Source: Chiloscyllium plagiosum (taxonomy: Eukaryota). Taken from it: DNA of 64,000 bases. The stretch spans positions 30,894,294 to 30,958,293 of the forward strand of contig NC_057719.1 in NCBI RefSeq assembly GCF_004010195.1. Direction: 5' to 3'. Every line of letters starts with the position of its first letter. Positions within the stretch are counted from its first letter, which is position 1. The notes under the pieces were generated by a model that searched no databases, was not told the origin of the DNA, and saw only the letters and a program-made list of their open reading frames with translations. Positions 1 through 12,277 of this stretch are shown in pieces. Position numbers and translations under genes: made by a program.

Positions 1-377
1 GAGGAACTGTGAATGTATGAGTGTTTTGTTTGGCTGGGCTGAGTTATTACTATTTATTTGTTTGTTGTTAGGTATTTATTTCGTTAGTTAAATAGCTAGT
101 TTAGGTTTTTTTTTAATTTTATACTTTTATATATGTTTATACATTTGTATAGGAGGGTGGGTTAGGGAATTTTTTTTATTATTTGGGTTTAGTTTTGTAC
201 TGTTTTGTATTGCATTGTTTTGCTATATATGTTTATACATTTGTATAGGAGGGTGGGTTAGGGAATTTTTTTTATTATTTGGGTTTAGTTTTGTACTGTT
301 TTGAATTGTATTGTTTTGTATTTGTTGTAATATTTAAAAATCTATCTTTTCTTAATAAAAATATATTATAAAAAAAA
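1..377 (+). mobile_element. 3' end of a poly(A)-tailed non-LTR retrotransposon (L1/Tx1-like 3' UTR)
   Basis: GT-rich UTR-like tract ending in AATAAA (~354) and an A-run (370-377), with an abrupt switch to unrelated sequence afterwards. Confidence 0.45.
128..318. repeat. Two near-identical tandem copies of a ~96-bp unit
   Basis: tatatatgtttatacatttgtataggagggtgggttagggaa...ttttg at 128-222 and 224-318. Confidence 0.95.
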
Positions 378-379
378 TC

Positions 380-1120
380 ACCTTATCATGATGATCCTTC
401 TTCAAATATGACAACAGGCCATGAGTTTCACCAACATCTGTGGAATGTTCCACTCTTTTCCATGCATACGACACAATAAAAAATGGTGTCACTGATACAG
501 GACTTGGTCTGAAATTTGTGAATTATTCCTTCATTGTTTGTCAGCTGTCTCAATCATGTTGGTAAAACATTTCCAAATATTGGACAATATCCTGATCTAT
601 TGGCTGAACTAAACTTATCCCCTTCAGAGGGAGGAAAATAAGCAAAGATATTGCCATTAACATGATCTTTCACAGGAGGGATGAGCACTATAATTATCCA
701 ATAAAAGCACAATTTTGCTATCTCAAGGCATTCCTTTCCTATTCAGCTCACCTTCTCACTAAGCACAAGAACGTGATGAAACCATCAAGTTAACAATTTG
801 TCCATCCATGCATAACTTCAGGCTTTGCAATCAACAGGAAGATGAATTGTGCTTTTTGAAACATCTTGGGTTTTGCAGATTTTTTGATAAAAATCCATTT
901 CTTTTATGCATTCCCACTGCATCCATACACTCAAACACAATTATAGTATTTATTCTGCTTAATACCATGAGCATTCTTTTTATCAGCACCAACTAAGGTT
1001 GTGCTTGGAAGACATTGCCACATCAAATACATCTCTTCAGCATTATAGGTTTACTTGGCAGTCAGGTCGTGGTCTCCTGGCTGGAGGAGCTATTGCAAGA
1101 TGGATGAACGTATGTGTATT
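380..1120 (-). pseudogene. Decayed Tigger/pogo-family (DDE_1, JRKL/TIGD-like) transposase
   Basis: Manual minus-strand translation across stops and frameshifts gives TYNAEEMYLMWQCLPSTTLV, KSAKP.CFK, LPVDCKA*SYAWMD, KIVLLLDNYSAHP, SLVQPIDQDIV, VSYAWKRV. These match pogo motifs YNADETGL.W..LP..TL, AWM, LLLDN..AHP and LIQPMDQG. Confidence 0.8.
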
Positions 1121-1319
1121 GGAACTTGGTATGCCAAGTTTAAATAGAGATATTTGATTAACTTCATTTTACAGGTAAATTTTATTTGAAAGGTTTACCA
1201 CTTGCATAAGAATTCCAGATGCTAGAATACCACGTAATGAGGAATTTACTGTATTGAAAAGTAAACTCAATCTCACAGACAAAATGGACAATTTCATATG
1301 TTCACATGTTATGCTCACC

Positions 1320-2010
1320 TTCCAAATTTTTGCCTGCTTACTTAACCTAACTATATATCTCTGCAGAATCTTTTATTGACAATCTATTTTCTTGCTTCTC
1401 TTCGTGTCATTAGAAAATTTAACTTTTCTTTCATCCAAATTATGATAGATTGTAAACAGTTAAGGCCCAGTATTAATTCCTACACCACTCCATTGGTTAC
1501 AGCTTGCCAATTCTATAAAGACCCATTTATGCCTATGCTCTGCTTCCTCTTAGCTAAACCATTTGTTACCTATATCAATAAGTTACCCTTTAAACATGCT
1601 TTTACCTTGTGTAGTAACCCTTAGTGTGGCACATAAATCAAAAACCTTTGGAAATCTAAGTGCACCATATCAACAGGGTTTCGTTCCCCCACCCCCATCC
1701 GCTTCTTTCTTACTTTGTCAAGAAACTTTAACAATTTAGCCAAACATGACTTCCTCTTCTAAAAATCATGCTAGTCCTGCCAAACCATATTATTTTCCAA
1801 ATATCCTGCTATGATCTCCACAATAATAGATTCTAGTAATTCTCCTATGATGTTAAGCTAACAGGTCAATAATTTCCTGTTTTCTCCCTCCTTTTTTGAA
1901 TAAAGATATTACATCAGCTATTTTCTAATTCAGAGAATTTCTCAGAATCTAATTTTGGAAGACTATTATCAATGTCTTCACTATCTCTGCAGCCAATTAG
2001 TTTAAGACCC
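1320..2010 (-). mobile_element. Old CR1-clade LINE fragment (RT region)
   Basis: Reverse complement resembles the VTSGVPQGSVLGPQLFTI and DFQKAFDKV coding segments of the better-preserved CR1 copies in this window. Confidence 0.7.
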
Positions 2011-3739
2011 TTTAGTTTCAGATGAAGCATTGGAGTATACACCAGAGGGAGTGTCCATGGTCACTGGAAATTGCTACAGCCTGCAGATGCTAGGACAATG
2101 GAGTTACATGGCAGACCGACCAATGACACCCTCATTGCAACTAAATTTCAACCACCATTTCCAGGAAGAAGCTGCTTCATAGCAGCAGTCAGACTTGGAT
2201 ATTCTTCTCCTCTGCCTTTAACTCGTGTCTATACTTGGCTGGGCCAAATTTCAAAGGCACACACCTGCTTGGGATTCAGAATAGGCTTTGTCTGTCTTTT
2301 GTTGTGTGCTTGGTGCCTGACTGTAGTTATTCTTTCAAAGTAATGCTGCTGGAGTCCATGGAACTTTCTGGACTAAACCCCCCTTTTTTATTTACAGCTT
2401 AATCTAGAAATATTTCAGTTGCACAAAGTTAGAGTACCTGTTCCTTTCTAGTTAGCTCTACATAATCATGTGACTCTGACATCATCATTATGCATACTTC
2501 AGATGTTAATCCCATTTCTCTGCATCTGTCCCAAATTCTTTATAATCTTATTGCAGGCATTATAGACATCTCTCCCCAAAGTCTCAGATTTCACAGGACA
2601 ATTCTCTGGGTACTTTGAACAATCGCCCTGATCTGATTCCAGTCTCAAGCTGAAGTCTGGGATATTTTGCCACCTCCTCTCTCCTTTCAGTGTAAGATTT
2701 CATCTCTTGGCTGGTTGTAGCACTTCCTTGTAGATTTTCTGATAAATCGATCATGTTTCAATTGATTCTGTGTTCAACTGTATAAATGTATTACAATTTC
2801 TCTATAATCCCTTGATCTGTTTCATCTCTCTCAGTTGTATGTAGGTTATGATCATTCCTTCTATTTGCTGATGACTTATCCATACACTCTTGCCAGGCTA
2901 TAGGCCTAGTAACTCTTGTGTTCTATTTGTGTTTTAAGCCTGCATGCCCCTTTGCTACTCCTTCTATTGTTTCACTCTTTTATAGTCATTCCCAATGATG
3001 TTAGGCTGTAATTTCTGAGACAAGGATAGAAATTGTCCTCAACTGCCTGACTGTGATAACCTGTTCTGTGAGTCCTTAAATAATGCAAGATTTAAATATT
3101 TTTCTTTAAACACCTTTTGTAGTATCTGACAATGGTTTGCAATCTCTCTGTCTCTTTCTCTGTGTCTCTGTATCTCTGTCTCTGTCTCTCTCTGTGTCAT
3201 GACTTCAACCCATCTTCAGAAATAGACTGAAGATCTTGTTATTCAAGTTTTGAATTAATCCATTCCCAAACTGTGGCCTTGATGGAAAAGATTAAGAAAT
3301 AGTGGTCTTTCTTTTGGTTGTTCACAGCAGAAGGAAGGAAGCAACCAATCTTTTCCTGTATTGACTGAAATACAAGGTTAAAAATTGCATTTTCACTCAA
3401 CATTTGGTAATGTTCAAATGTCTGATGCTTTTTTTCTGAAAAATCTCAAATGGAAGAGCTCTTGGTATTACTAGTCTCTTAGTGAAGTCCAACAAGTCAT
3501 TGGCACAGATGTCTGAGCTTTTCAACATTGTATTGAATTAGAAGTGGAATGGTTGTGTGAAGTTCCTAAGAATAACTCCAGAAGGAAACTCAGGGAAAGA
3601 AAATCAAAATTATAGCTTTAAGTACAGCTGAGGTCAGAGATCAATACTGCTGTGAGTGCAGGAGAGATGAATAAGGTAGATAAAGTTTTTGTCAAAAGGG
3701 AAAATAATCCCTTTCTTTAAATGATGCAACTAAATCTAG

Positions 3740-4270
3740 AAGCATACTAGAAGGAAATCTAGAAGGGATAAAGGAATTATTCAAACTGTTTTGCTGGAGA
3801 TGGATATTGCATCCAGAGACTCTGTAATGGAATCCAACATGTTAATAAACAAGGCAAGGGGAAAGTACGTCCCACTTCCACTGTACAAAGTGCTGTTAAA
3901 ATATGGTTGATTGTCCAGAGCAGTGGTTGCAGGGATGCTAAAAAATTGCTTGCAGCTGGAGTTGACTTAGTCCCAGATAATCATTTGGCTGGAGTTAAAA
4001 TTACAACTTCACCTAGAATCAGAGATGGCCCAAATGAGGTTAAAGGAACAGAACAGTCATGAGAATAAGTTCCAAGTATTTTTCCACTGCATATAGTAGC
4101 TACAGCAATGACTAAACAAAATCCACCACCTAAGGTCAAAGCATTACTGAAAGCAGATGTTATAGTAGCCAAAACCTGATTAAAGATAGGATAATTGGAA
4201 GGGTGTACTTGGCATGACCTCATTGAGGCTAAAAAAAATCCAAAGATAAAGTTAGCACAAACAGCCTTTA
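3740..4270 (+). pseudogene. Relic of a Gmr1-like Gypsy protease/linker region
   Basis: Translates YVPLPLYKVLL...GVDLVPDNHLAGVKITTSP...EVKGTEQS*E*VPSIFPLHIVATAM, similar to IQFVIGNDLAGSKV...GTEELKEKYHGSFPDCVV (26072-26305) and to the 46811-47458 ORF. Confidence 0.65.
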
Positions 4271-4704
4271 TTTGTAATCAAGTTTTCACATCTAATGCCA
4301 GACAAAGCAGAGCTTGATTTCCAGCACACTACAATGGTCAATGACAGGTAGGTACATAGACTGATCATCTTCCAGGCAGAGTTTTATTCATTGGATGCAT
4401 TTTACATCTTGCATTTCTCCAATCTCTTGCACTTACCATTTCTGTAGCTGGTAAATGTTCCATGACTTCTGTATGGGCTCCAACCTCTTCGGTAAAGTCT
4501 AAATCTTGTTCGGTTTCACTCAATGTTATGCTTGACAGTGTCTCTGTCTCTGTTTCTGCTGTCATTCGGTACTTGTATTATTCAGATGAGCCATACCTCG
4601 TTGGTTTCAATCTGAACCAATGACTTCTGCAAGGAATCTCAGCTATTTCCTTTTGTATTTAGAAGTATTACAAATGGTTTAAGATCTGTTCCCACATTAA
4701 CTGT

Positions 4705-5157
4705 AACAGGTGCAAAAATGATTTTTACAAGGATGTTACAGACTAGAAGATTTTGAGTTAAGGAAAAGTTGGAGTGGCTGTGCCATTTTTCCTTGGATTT
4801 TAGGAGGTCGAGGGGTGACTTTATAGATGTTTATAAAATGAGAGGCATATAAGATGAATAGCCAAGGTCTTGCCAGGGTAGCAGAATCCAAAACTAGAGG
4901 TTATAGTTTAAGGGGGGGGGGGAGGAGGTAAGATTTAAAAGGGACCCAAGTGGCAACTTTCTCAGTGGTTTATATAAGGGAGGAGCTGTCAGGAAGTAGT
5001 GGAATTGGGTAAAATTACAACATTCAAAAGACATTTGGACAGTTACATGGATGAAAAAGGTTGGGGGGGATGTGGGTCAAACACAGGAAAATGGGACTAG
5101 TTCAGTTTGGGAAACCTGGTCAGCATGGACGAGTGGGCTGACAAGCCTGACTCTATT
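4705..5157 (+). mobile_element. 5'-truncated, degenerate CR1 (HER1-like) 3' end
   Basis: Similar to 34760-35230 (FTRM, RGDLIEVYK, TFKRHLD segments and 3' UTR). Confidence 0.8.
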
Positions 5158-5234
5158 TGCTTCACCATTGTCTTTCTGTATTTACAACAGATGTCTTATT
5201 TTAAAACAAGTGGATGGGTTCAATTTTAGTGTTG

Positions 5235-5500
5235 GATGACTTTGTATGGACTTTGCATGTTCTCCACCATCTGCATGAGTTTCCACTGGGTTCTCTAGTT
5301 TCCTCCCACTGTCAAAAGATGTTCAGATTAGGTGGAGTGGCCATGCTAAAATTATCCTGTGATGTGCAGACTAGGTGGATTATATGGTCATGGGGATAGG
5401 ATGGAGGGCTGGGTCTGGGTGTGATGTTCTTTGGAGGGTTGGTGAAGACTCAGTGGGCTGAATAACTTATTTCTGCACTGTAGGGATTCTATGATTCTAT
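5235..5500 (+). mobile_element. HE1-like SINE, partial
   Basis: Body tttgcatgttctcc...aaagatgttcag...ggccatgctaaa and tail ending tagggattctatgattctat. Confidence 0.75.
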
Positions 5501-6899
5501 CAAAGAGAAGGTGGCACCTATCCTGGCACAGCAGAACAGATTAATGACTTACTTTCTATATTCCTTTCAATGGCTTGGACTAAACTGACATGGAGGCAAC
5601 GTCAGACCAGGCTAGCAAAGCCTGATGTGCTATCCCCTCTTGTCTTGGAGGTGGAGGAGAAATCATCCCTTCTCTGTACTATCCTGTCCAACTGGATGTC
5701 AATTTCCCCTTAACTGCTATCTTGAGGACAAAAGCCACAAACTGCTCAAGACATCTCCAGAATGAGTGTTTGACCAGGTGCACAAAGGCCTTTGAAGTTG
5801 GCTCCAGCTCCAGGGGTGATGGTATATGCCAGGATATCCTGGCAATGGAAAGGAATTCTGGTTACAGTGAGTGGGAGAATCAGTCTAGTATTAGATGAGA
5901 ACTGTTACAGGGACGTGTTTGGTAGTTAATGAGGTGAGCTTAGGAATGATGTCAGAAAACTCACCAGGTTTCAGAGAGAACCTGACGCTTGTTAAAATGT
6001 AGCAAAATTCAGCTGTATTTTGTCTCTAACTGCTGCTGGACTCAATGGAGCTTTCTGCAAGAACCCTTTATTTACAGCTTTCAAAGGCCAGCCCAAGGAA
6101 GGTCCTGCTATTTCTTTGTCAAGTTAATCACTTCTGTCTTCTGATAACCAGTTTATAAATCTCAAAGCATGTTGTGTTATGATCAAATAGAAAGTGGAGT
6201 GAAAGGAGTTCTTTTAGTAAACGATCAGACAGTGTAAATAGATTAGCTGTGATGCTGCAGACAGTTGGAGAAACAGGTAAGCTGGAAACAGACAATTTAG
6301 TTTTCCTCAGACGTAAGAATTCTGTAGTAATACTAAACTTCCTTTACTAAGTAACAGAAATGAAGGACTAGGCATCTAAGTGATTTCTTCATTTGGAGAA
6401 GGAGCTGGTACTTAATTTTGTTGTTTTTAAAGTAGGTTGAGTTAATAGTATTAGTCAAACAGAGATTTGTGCGTACAAAGTATTCAGGAGAATGTTACGT
6501 GTTCAAAAAAAAGATGCAATGCCAGATTTGGTCCTGGGTAGCACATCAGAGCAAGATGTTATGCCTATTAGCACTTGCACTGATTCCTGTGAATTTTGCA
6601 GGGAATATATTGTGTTGAGTTTGAAATGGGAAAGGATTGCCAAGCCTGATTTGTAGGCTGGCTGAAGCCAACAAATTTGTGAAGGCCCTGCTGTGTTTTC
6701 AGAATAAATATTTTAAATTCACCCTTTTGAGTCTTAAGGCTGAACCTTACAATGTTTCATTTGTCTTTTTTTTCCACGTTTCATGAAGGTTTTCATGTGT
6801 AATGCTGTGCAATAATCCCAAATTGGCCTCATTAACTACATACCACATCCCTAATCACCCCAATTGTTTGATGCTGGTCCAATTCTCTCACTATCCATA

Positions 6900-7260
6900 G
6901 GCAGTAGTACTCACCACTGATGGGGTATCCTGGGATCCCTGACTCTGTGCCATCTTGGAATCTTAGTATGCACCCAGCCTAGCTTGGCAAATCCAGAATT
7001 TTCTTTCACTGTACTTATAGTTGGATAGCTTCCAAAAATCAATGCTTCTCAGGCCACATGTGGCACTTCTGATACTTCATTAGAGAGAGTGGACAACCAT
7101 ACGTCTCTCACTATTTAAGAACTAAGTCACACAGCTTATCTATCCTTAGCTACACCTGATTTTATAGTCCTATCTAAGTCAATTCTACTCTTCTGCCAAT
7201 GTCCACTATATAGCTCAACATCTTCTTATTGTTCAATGTGGAACCATCTTATACAGGGAA
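6900..7260 (-). pseudogene. Possible very old Gypsy integrase relic
   Basis: Weak similarity to the integrase core at 23300-23650 (QSQG..HQ-like and FLEAI-like segments). Confidence 0.3.
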
Positions 7261-7479
7261 GCCTTTAAATTATTCAAACCAAATCACTTTTATTCACCAA
7301 AACCAAAAATGAACAGAATTCAAAGGAAGCTGCATTAGCCTCTTGAAACAGAAACTGACTACTTGCCTTCAAGCACCAACAATTTTGCAAACAATGAACA
7401 ATAACTTCACTCAGGTCTCATCTACTGGAACCCGATGTGAATTAAGTTATCAGTCTGGGTTTGTAGCACTTGATTCTGC

Positions 7480-8127
7480 TGCGCTTAATGTCGTCGTCGT
7501 CTTCCTCCTCTAAATACTGTTGCTGTTAGATCCTTAGACTCCACATCCTCCCTTTTCTCTGTTCCATCTTTTGCAGAGAACAACATACTGGGATTATGTT
7601 GCACACTCTGTCAGCAATGTACTGTGAAGCCTCCTCTCTCAGCATCAGCCTCATCTTCAGGTGCCTCTGTTTGGGCTATATTGTACCTATGCACCACCTC
7701 AATCTGGAGGTTGCTTGCCAGGGTCATCAGCCATGATTGCAAAGGGAAGCCCTCAAGGATATGGATTTCACAGACACTCCCAGGTTATCGGTGCACACTT
7801 CCAAGAGTGGAACTAATGATCATAGGTCACTCGCATATTGACAGAATAGAACCCGTTTCTGCTGATAAACTCAATTGGCTTATGAAGTTGGTCTCTTAGC
7901 GTGGGTTTATCAGGTCCTGAACTTTGGAGAATCTAGCCATGTTGCTGAAGCTTATTGCTCAGGCAGCAGCACTGACCTCATCATGGGGAAAGCAGATGAA
8001 GCCATGAGATCTGGCACAAATGGCATTGGTATCAACCTTGATACATCAAGGTACATCAATTTAAAAGATCTCACAGGTTCCTTGAAAGGAGCCAGTTACA
8101 TAAAAGTTCAGTGCAGCTGTCATGTTT
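7480..8127 (-). pseudogene. Decayed PIF/Harbinger (HARBI1-like) transposase
   Basis: Minus-strand translation gives MTAALNFYVTGSFQG, ARFSKVQDLI, EFISRNGFYSVNMRVTYDH, PGSVCEIHIL, RYNIAQ, LKMR, QYIADRVCNIIPVCCSLQK. These match HARBI1 motifs ALNFYATGSFQ, FINRKGFHSINVQLVCD, PGS.HD..IL and II..CC.LHN. Confidence 0.8.
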
Positions 8128-8390
8128 CCAGTCAGTGGGACTGTCTGTGTGGAGTTTGCACATTCTCCCCGTGTCTGCATGGGTTTTCTCCGGGTGGTCC
8201 GGCTTCCTCCTACAGTCACAAAGATGTTCAGGTCAGGTGGATTGGCCACGCTAAATTGCCCATAGTGTTTGGTGCATTAGTCACAGGGAAATGGGTCTGG
8301 GGTGGGTTGCTCTTCGGAGGGTCGGTCTGGACTGGTTGGGCCGAACGGCCTGTTTTCACACTGTAGGGAATCTAATCTAAAAATCTAATC
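8128..8390 (+). mobile_element. HE1-like SINE, 5'-truncated
   Basis: gactgtctgtgtggagtttgcacattctccccgtgtctgc body; tail with (aatct)n repeats. Confidence 0.85.
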
Positions 8391-8399
8391 ACTGCTGTG

Positions 8400-9121
8400 C
8401 TGCCTTCTGGAGTTTATTTGGTTCAGTTCCTGCTGCTTCCGGTTGTTTGTTGTAGTGACTGGTTATATTGGGTCTACGTCAATGTGTTTAATAATGGAGT
8501 CCATGGATGAGTGCCATGCTTCTAGAAATTCTCTGGCTGTCCTCAGTTTAGCTTGTCCTTTGGTTGTGTTGTCCCAGTTGAATTTGTCCTCGTCATCTGT
8601 GTACGGCTACTAGGGACAGCTGGTCATGGCGTTTTATGGCTAGTTGGTGTTTATGGATGCCAATTGCTAGTTGTCTGCCTGTTTGCCGTACATAGTGTTT
8701 TTGTGCAGTCTTTGCAGGGAATCTTATAAATTACATGTGTCTTGCACATGATGGGTATAGGGTCTTTTTTCCTGAGTTGTTGTCTGAGCATGACTGTCAG
8801 TTTATGGGCTGCCATGAATCCCAGTGGTCAGAGAAATCTGGCTGTTAGTTCTGAGACGTGTGTTTTTTTCTAGGAAGTAATAGTTAGCATGTTGGGTCGT
8901 AGCATGCCCTCGTCACATTTTGTCTGTAAGGCATCTGCGGATGAAGTTGCAGGGATATCCATTCTAGATGAAGACTCTGTAGAGGTGTTCTTCTCTTCAC
9001 AGGCTGGAGGTGCTGCAGTGTGTTTTGAATAGGGTTCTAATGCAGCTTCTTTTGTGTGTGTTCGGGTGGTTGCTGTTGTAGTTCAGGATCTGGTCTGTGT
9101 GTAGTTTTTCTGTACACTTGG
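8400..9121 (-). mobile_element. Penelope-like element 3' part: RT thumb plus GIY-YIG endonuclease (frameshifted)
   Basis: Minus strand reads VYRKTTH-DQILNYNSNHPNTHKRSCIRTLF ... VIYKIPCKDCTK-HYVRQTGRQLAIGIHKHQLAIKRHDQLSLVA ... AREFLEAWHS. Confidence 0.9.
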
Positions 9122-9139
9122 AACAGAAATCGAACACCT

Positions 9140-9316
9140 GACTGGATTACCAACACAATACTCACAGGGATCAGATTTACGAGAGGGCAGGAAACCAACA
9201 ATAAACTCCCATTCCTAGATGTGATGGTAGAGAGAACACAGACGGGTGAATGAACTACAAAAGTGCACAGAAAGCCACACACCAACCAGATCCTACAACA
9301 GCAACCACCCAAACAT
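9140..9316 (+). mobile_element. Inverted segment of the same PLE family (RT C-terminal part)
   Basis: ILTGIRFTRGQETNNKLPFLDVMVERTQTGE*TTKVHRKP...; the last ~60 bp overlap the sequence found on the minus strand at ~9055-9121. Confidence 0.85.
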
Positions 9317-10211
9317 CTAGATGGGACAAAAACACCTGCAAATCTACTTCCCAGCTTGGCGAACATACACAACTATGGAAACAAATGGATATAGTTTCAA
9401 CACTAAGCACATCTAAATCATGTGGAATGCAACCAATTACAGAATAAATTCTCTTTTACCTCAATGAAGAGGTAAATTTCTTCTTTCTGATACTGATGCA
9501 TTTATAAACCATGCTAATAAGATTTAATTACATACACATAAAGATAACCTCCTAAGTTCTCTAAATCACATGAGGTTCTTATGATAAACCTGAAATATTG
9601 ACGTGGATTTTCATTTCTGATTTAGGAGTGCAGATTCAAGAAAATTCCAGAGCATTTCCAAACATAAATCAGGAGAAATGATCTTGGAGGTTCTAACTTT
9701 ATTCTTCCAGAGGATGTGTAATGCAGTTGGTCCCACCATTCCCAGAAACAGTATGGATGTGGCCACAGGGGTTGCTGTGCAGATGTAGGCTACATGAAAG
9801 GCTTACCTTGGTGATCTGAAATTTCATTCAACTGTTAGAAAAAAGTATGTATACAAAAACTGCCTTCAAGTCCTCAGCACCCATGCTCTCACATGGGCCT
9901 CCCACACACTCTTCATGCTCATGCCAGCCTATGCCATCTGACGCTCAATCGATGACCACAGTACCTCAAAGGCTTCTTTCCAACCATCAGGCCTTTATAG
10001 CCCCAAAGCAAACTTTTTTTATCAAAGCACACCAAATATCCCAATCCACCATACTTCACCATCACACGCTGCATGGCAACTCACTAAGTATCCACCATGG
10101 GCAGACCTGAACCAATGGAAAGAACAAGAACTTGTACTCAGAACTTTACATCAAAGATTTTATATGCATTTGAGGCTGTTAATCATAAAGTAAGCTAATG
10201 ACACTCCAATT

Positions 10212-10535
10212 AGAGTCAGAGTCATAGAGATGTACAGCACAGAAACAGACCCTTGGTCCAACTCGTCCATGGAGACTAAATATCCCAATCCAATCTAGTC
10301 CCATTTGCCTGCACCCGGTCCATATCCCTCCAAACTCTTCCTATTCATACACCCATCCAAATGTCTTTTAAATGTTGCAATTGTACCAGCCTCCACCACC
10401 ACCCTCTGTCTTCTACCTTGAGCCAGTTCTGTATCCAAATGATTAGTTCTCCATGTATTCCATGATCTAACCTTGTTGAATACCTTACTGAAGTCCATAG
10501 ATCACATCTACCGCTCTGCCCTCATTAATCTTCTT
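10212..10535 (-). mobile_element. Internally deleted CR1 (RT fragment fused to 3' end)
   Basis: ORF 10295-10498 reads MDFSKVFNKV...GRRQRVVVEAGTIATFKRHLDG; 3' UTR ends in the ctctatgactct tail. Confidence 0.9.
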
Positions 10536-12277
10536 CGATTTCACAACATAATTTTTTGAAGTATCAATCAGCCAACACAAGTTTTATTAAGACAGCTCTC
10601 AGAATTATGCCTAAAGACTGAGCAGAATAGCAACCATTGTCTTTTGTTCTTAAAGAACAGTTCTAATTTAAAGGTCAAATTTAAATGCCTTGACAAGTTG
10701 AAAGTTTATTGACTTTTAATGTACATTGTTTTTAACAACCCCAAAAGGCACTTGAGGTGTCCGAAGGATTGTCCTGGACATACGAAAAGGATAGTTTACC
10801 ACTCCAAAGTGGTTACCTATTTCTCTACAGAAGTCGGGTAAGTTCACAGCTCCTCTCAAAGCATAAAACTTAAGTCATATTTTGTATATATTCCTTGAAT
10901 GAAGACTGGATGTGTTTGAAGGAATCTGCACTTATAAATGTTCAAGTAAGCATAGTGAGCCACAGATGCAATCTAAACCTGCTCCACTCTCCATGCTCAG
11001 TGAAAATTATGGGTGTTGGATTTAGGGCCAGGTCTTCTGGAATTGGGTTCCAGAACAATTTTAGTTAATTTGGAGACCCTTTGCAGCCCCATGAAAATTC
11101 AGGTTGCTACCTTTTTTTTTGTTCTTCAGATATCACTAGATCAGCTGAGTAATTAGAGCATTTTGTGTGTTTTTTTATTTCAGATGTCCTGCATCTGCAT
11201 TACGTGTTTTTGTTTCCAAACAGGAATCTCATCGTTTGCTGTGATTTTTCTTGATTACCAACATTAGCCACTCAGAAGCCCTCAAACATTGATAATATAA
11301 CAGGTAAAATTTATGCATTCCTGCTTTCACAGATATAAGCTTAATTATGGTATATTTATACATTAACCTAATATTCTCTGGCATTGTTGTAAACAAAAAT
11401 TCCACTCCAGTTGAAAATTTGTACCAAATTTTGCTGCAGACAAGTCAGATGCAGACTTTAGTGGACCAGGCTAGTGATGAAGGCTGATGGACAAACAATA
11501 GAAATTTTTTGACACATTTAAGCCTATTGGACAGTTTGTACATATTCATTTCCAACTCAGATCATAGAGAGCATCCTGTCCACCCTGGGATGGGTTTTTA
11601 GTTCAATGAGTACTGCAATGCAGACAAAACTATGCGCTATCTCCTGTTAGTGAGTTTTACTGCTTCTCATGGTAACAGATACCTCATTGGTTACAAAAAT
11701 CTTAAGATCACCTATTACAGACAAAAAGGAAATTGTGGCATAAATGTTGACAGTTACTGTGGCTTTCATAGACACCATTAGGTGTGGTTGATAAGTTTAG
11801 GCTACTGTTGTGCAGCAGCAGCTAACAGAGCTGAGCACCAAACTCCATTGTAACACTAAGAAGCTTCATATATTACTCCTTAGTGAAATTGGAGCAGGAC
11901 AAGAGCTTTCTGAAGGTCCAGTATGGCTTCATGCTGTAATCCTTCTGCTTCCATATTGCAGTTAGACATATGCACAGCAATCTCAGTGTAATTTTGAGTT
12001 CTCTAATTTCTGTGTAGTACTTGAAAAATTGATATTATGTAGCCCAATGTATCTAACACCACATTTGCTTACTGATGAATATTTCAATTGCTTGGTAGAA
12101 CAAGAATTGAACATTGCTAAAAGGCAACAATAGGTTGAAGCTTCTCATCTTGAACTCATCAGAATTAAGTTGCAAGAAACAGACTTGAAGAAAGGACACA
12201 ATTTTTGCACCACGAAAAGAGGGTGTTGATTGGTTGGGCTGTCATGAGTGTGGAGTTCCAGCAAGAAAAGCTAACTA

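Noticed and set aside
5903..6751. Solo LTR (TG...CA with AATAAA near 6703)
   Set aside because: No matching TSD and the boundaries cannot be confirmed; kept only as part of a low-interest finding
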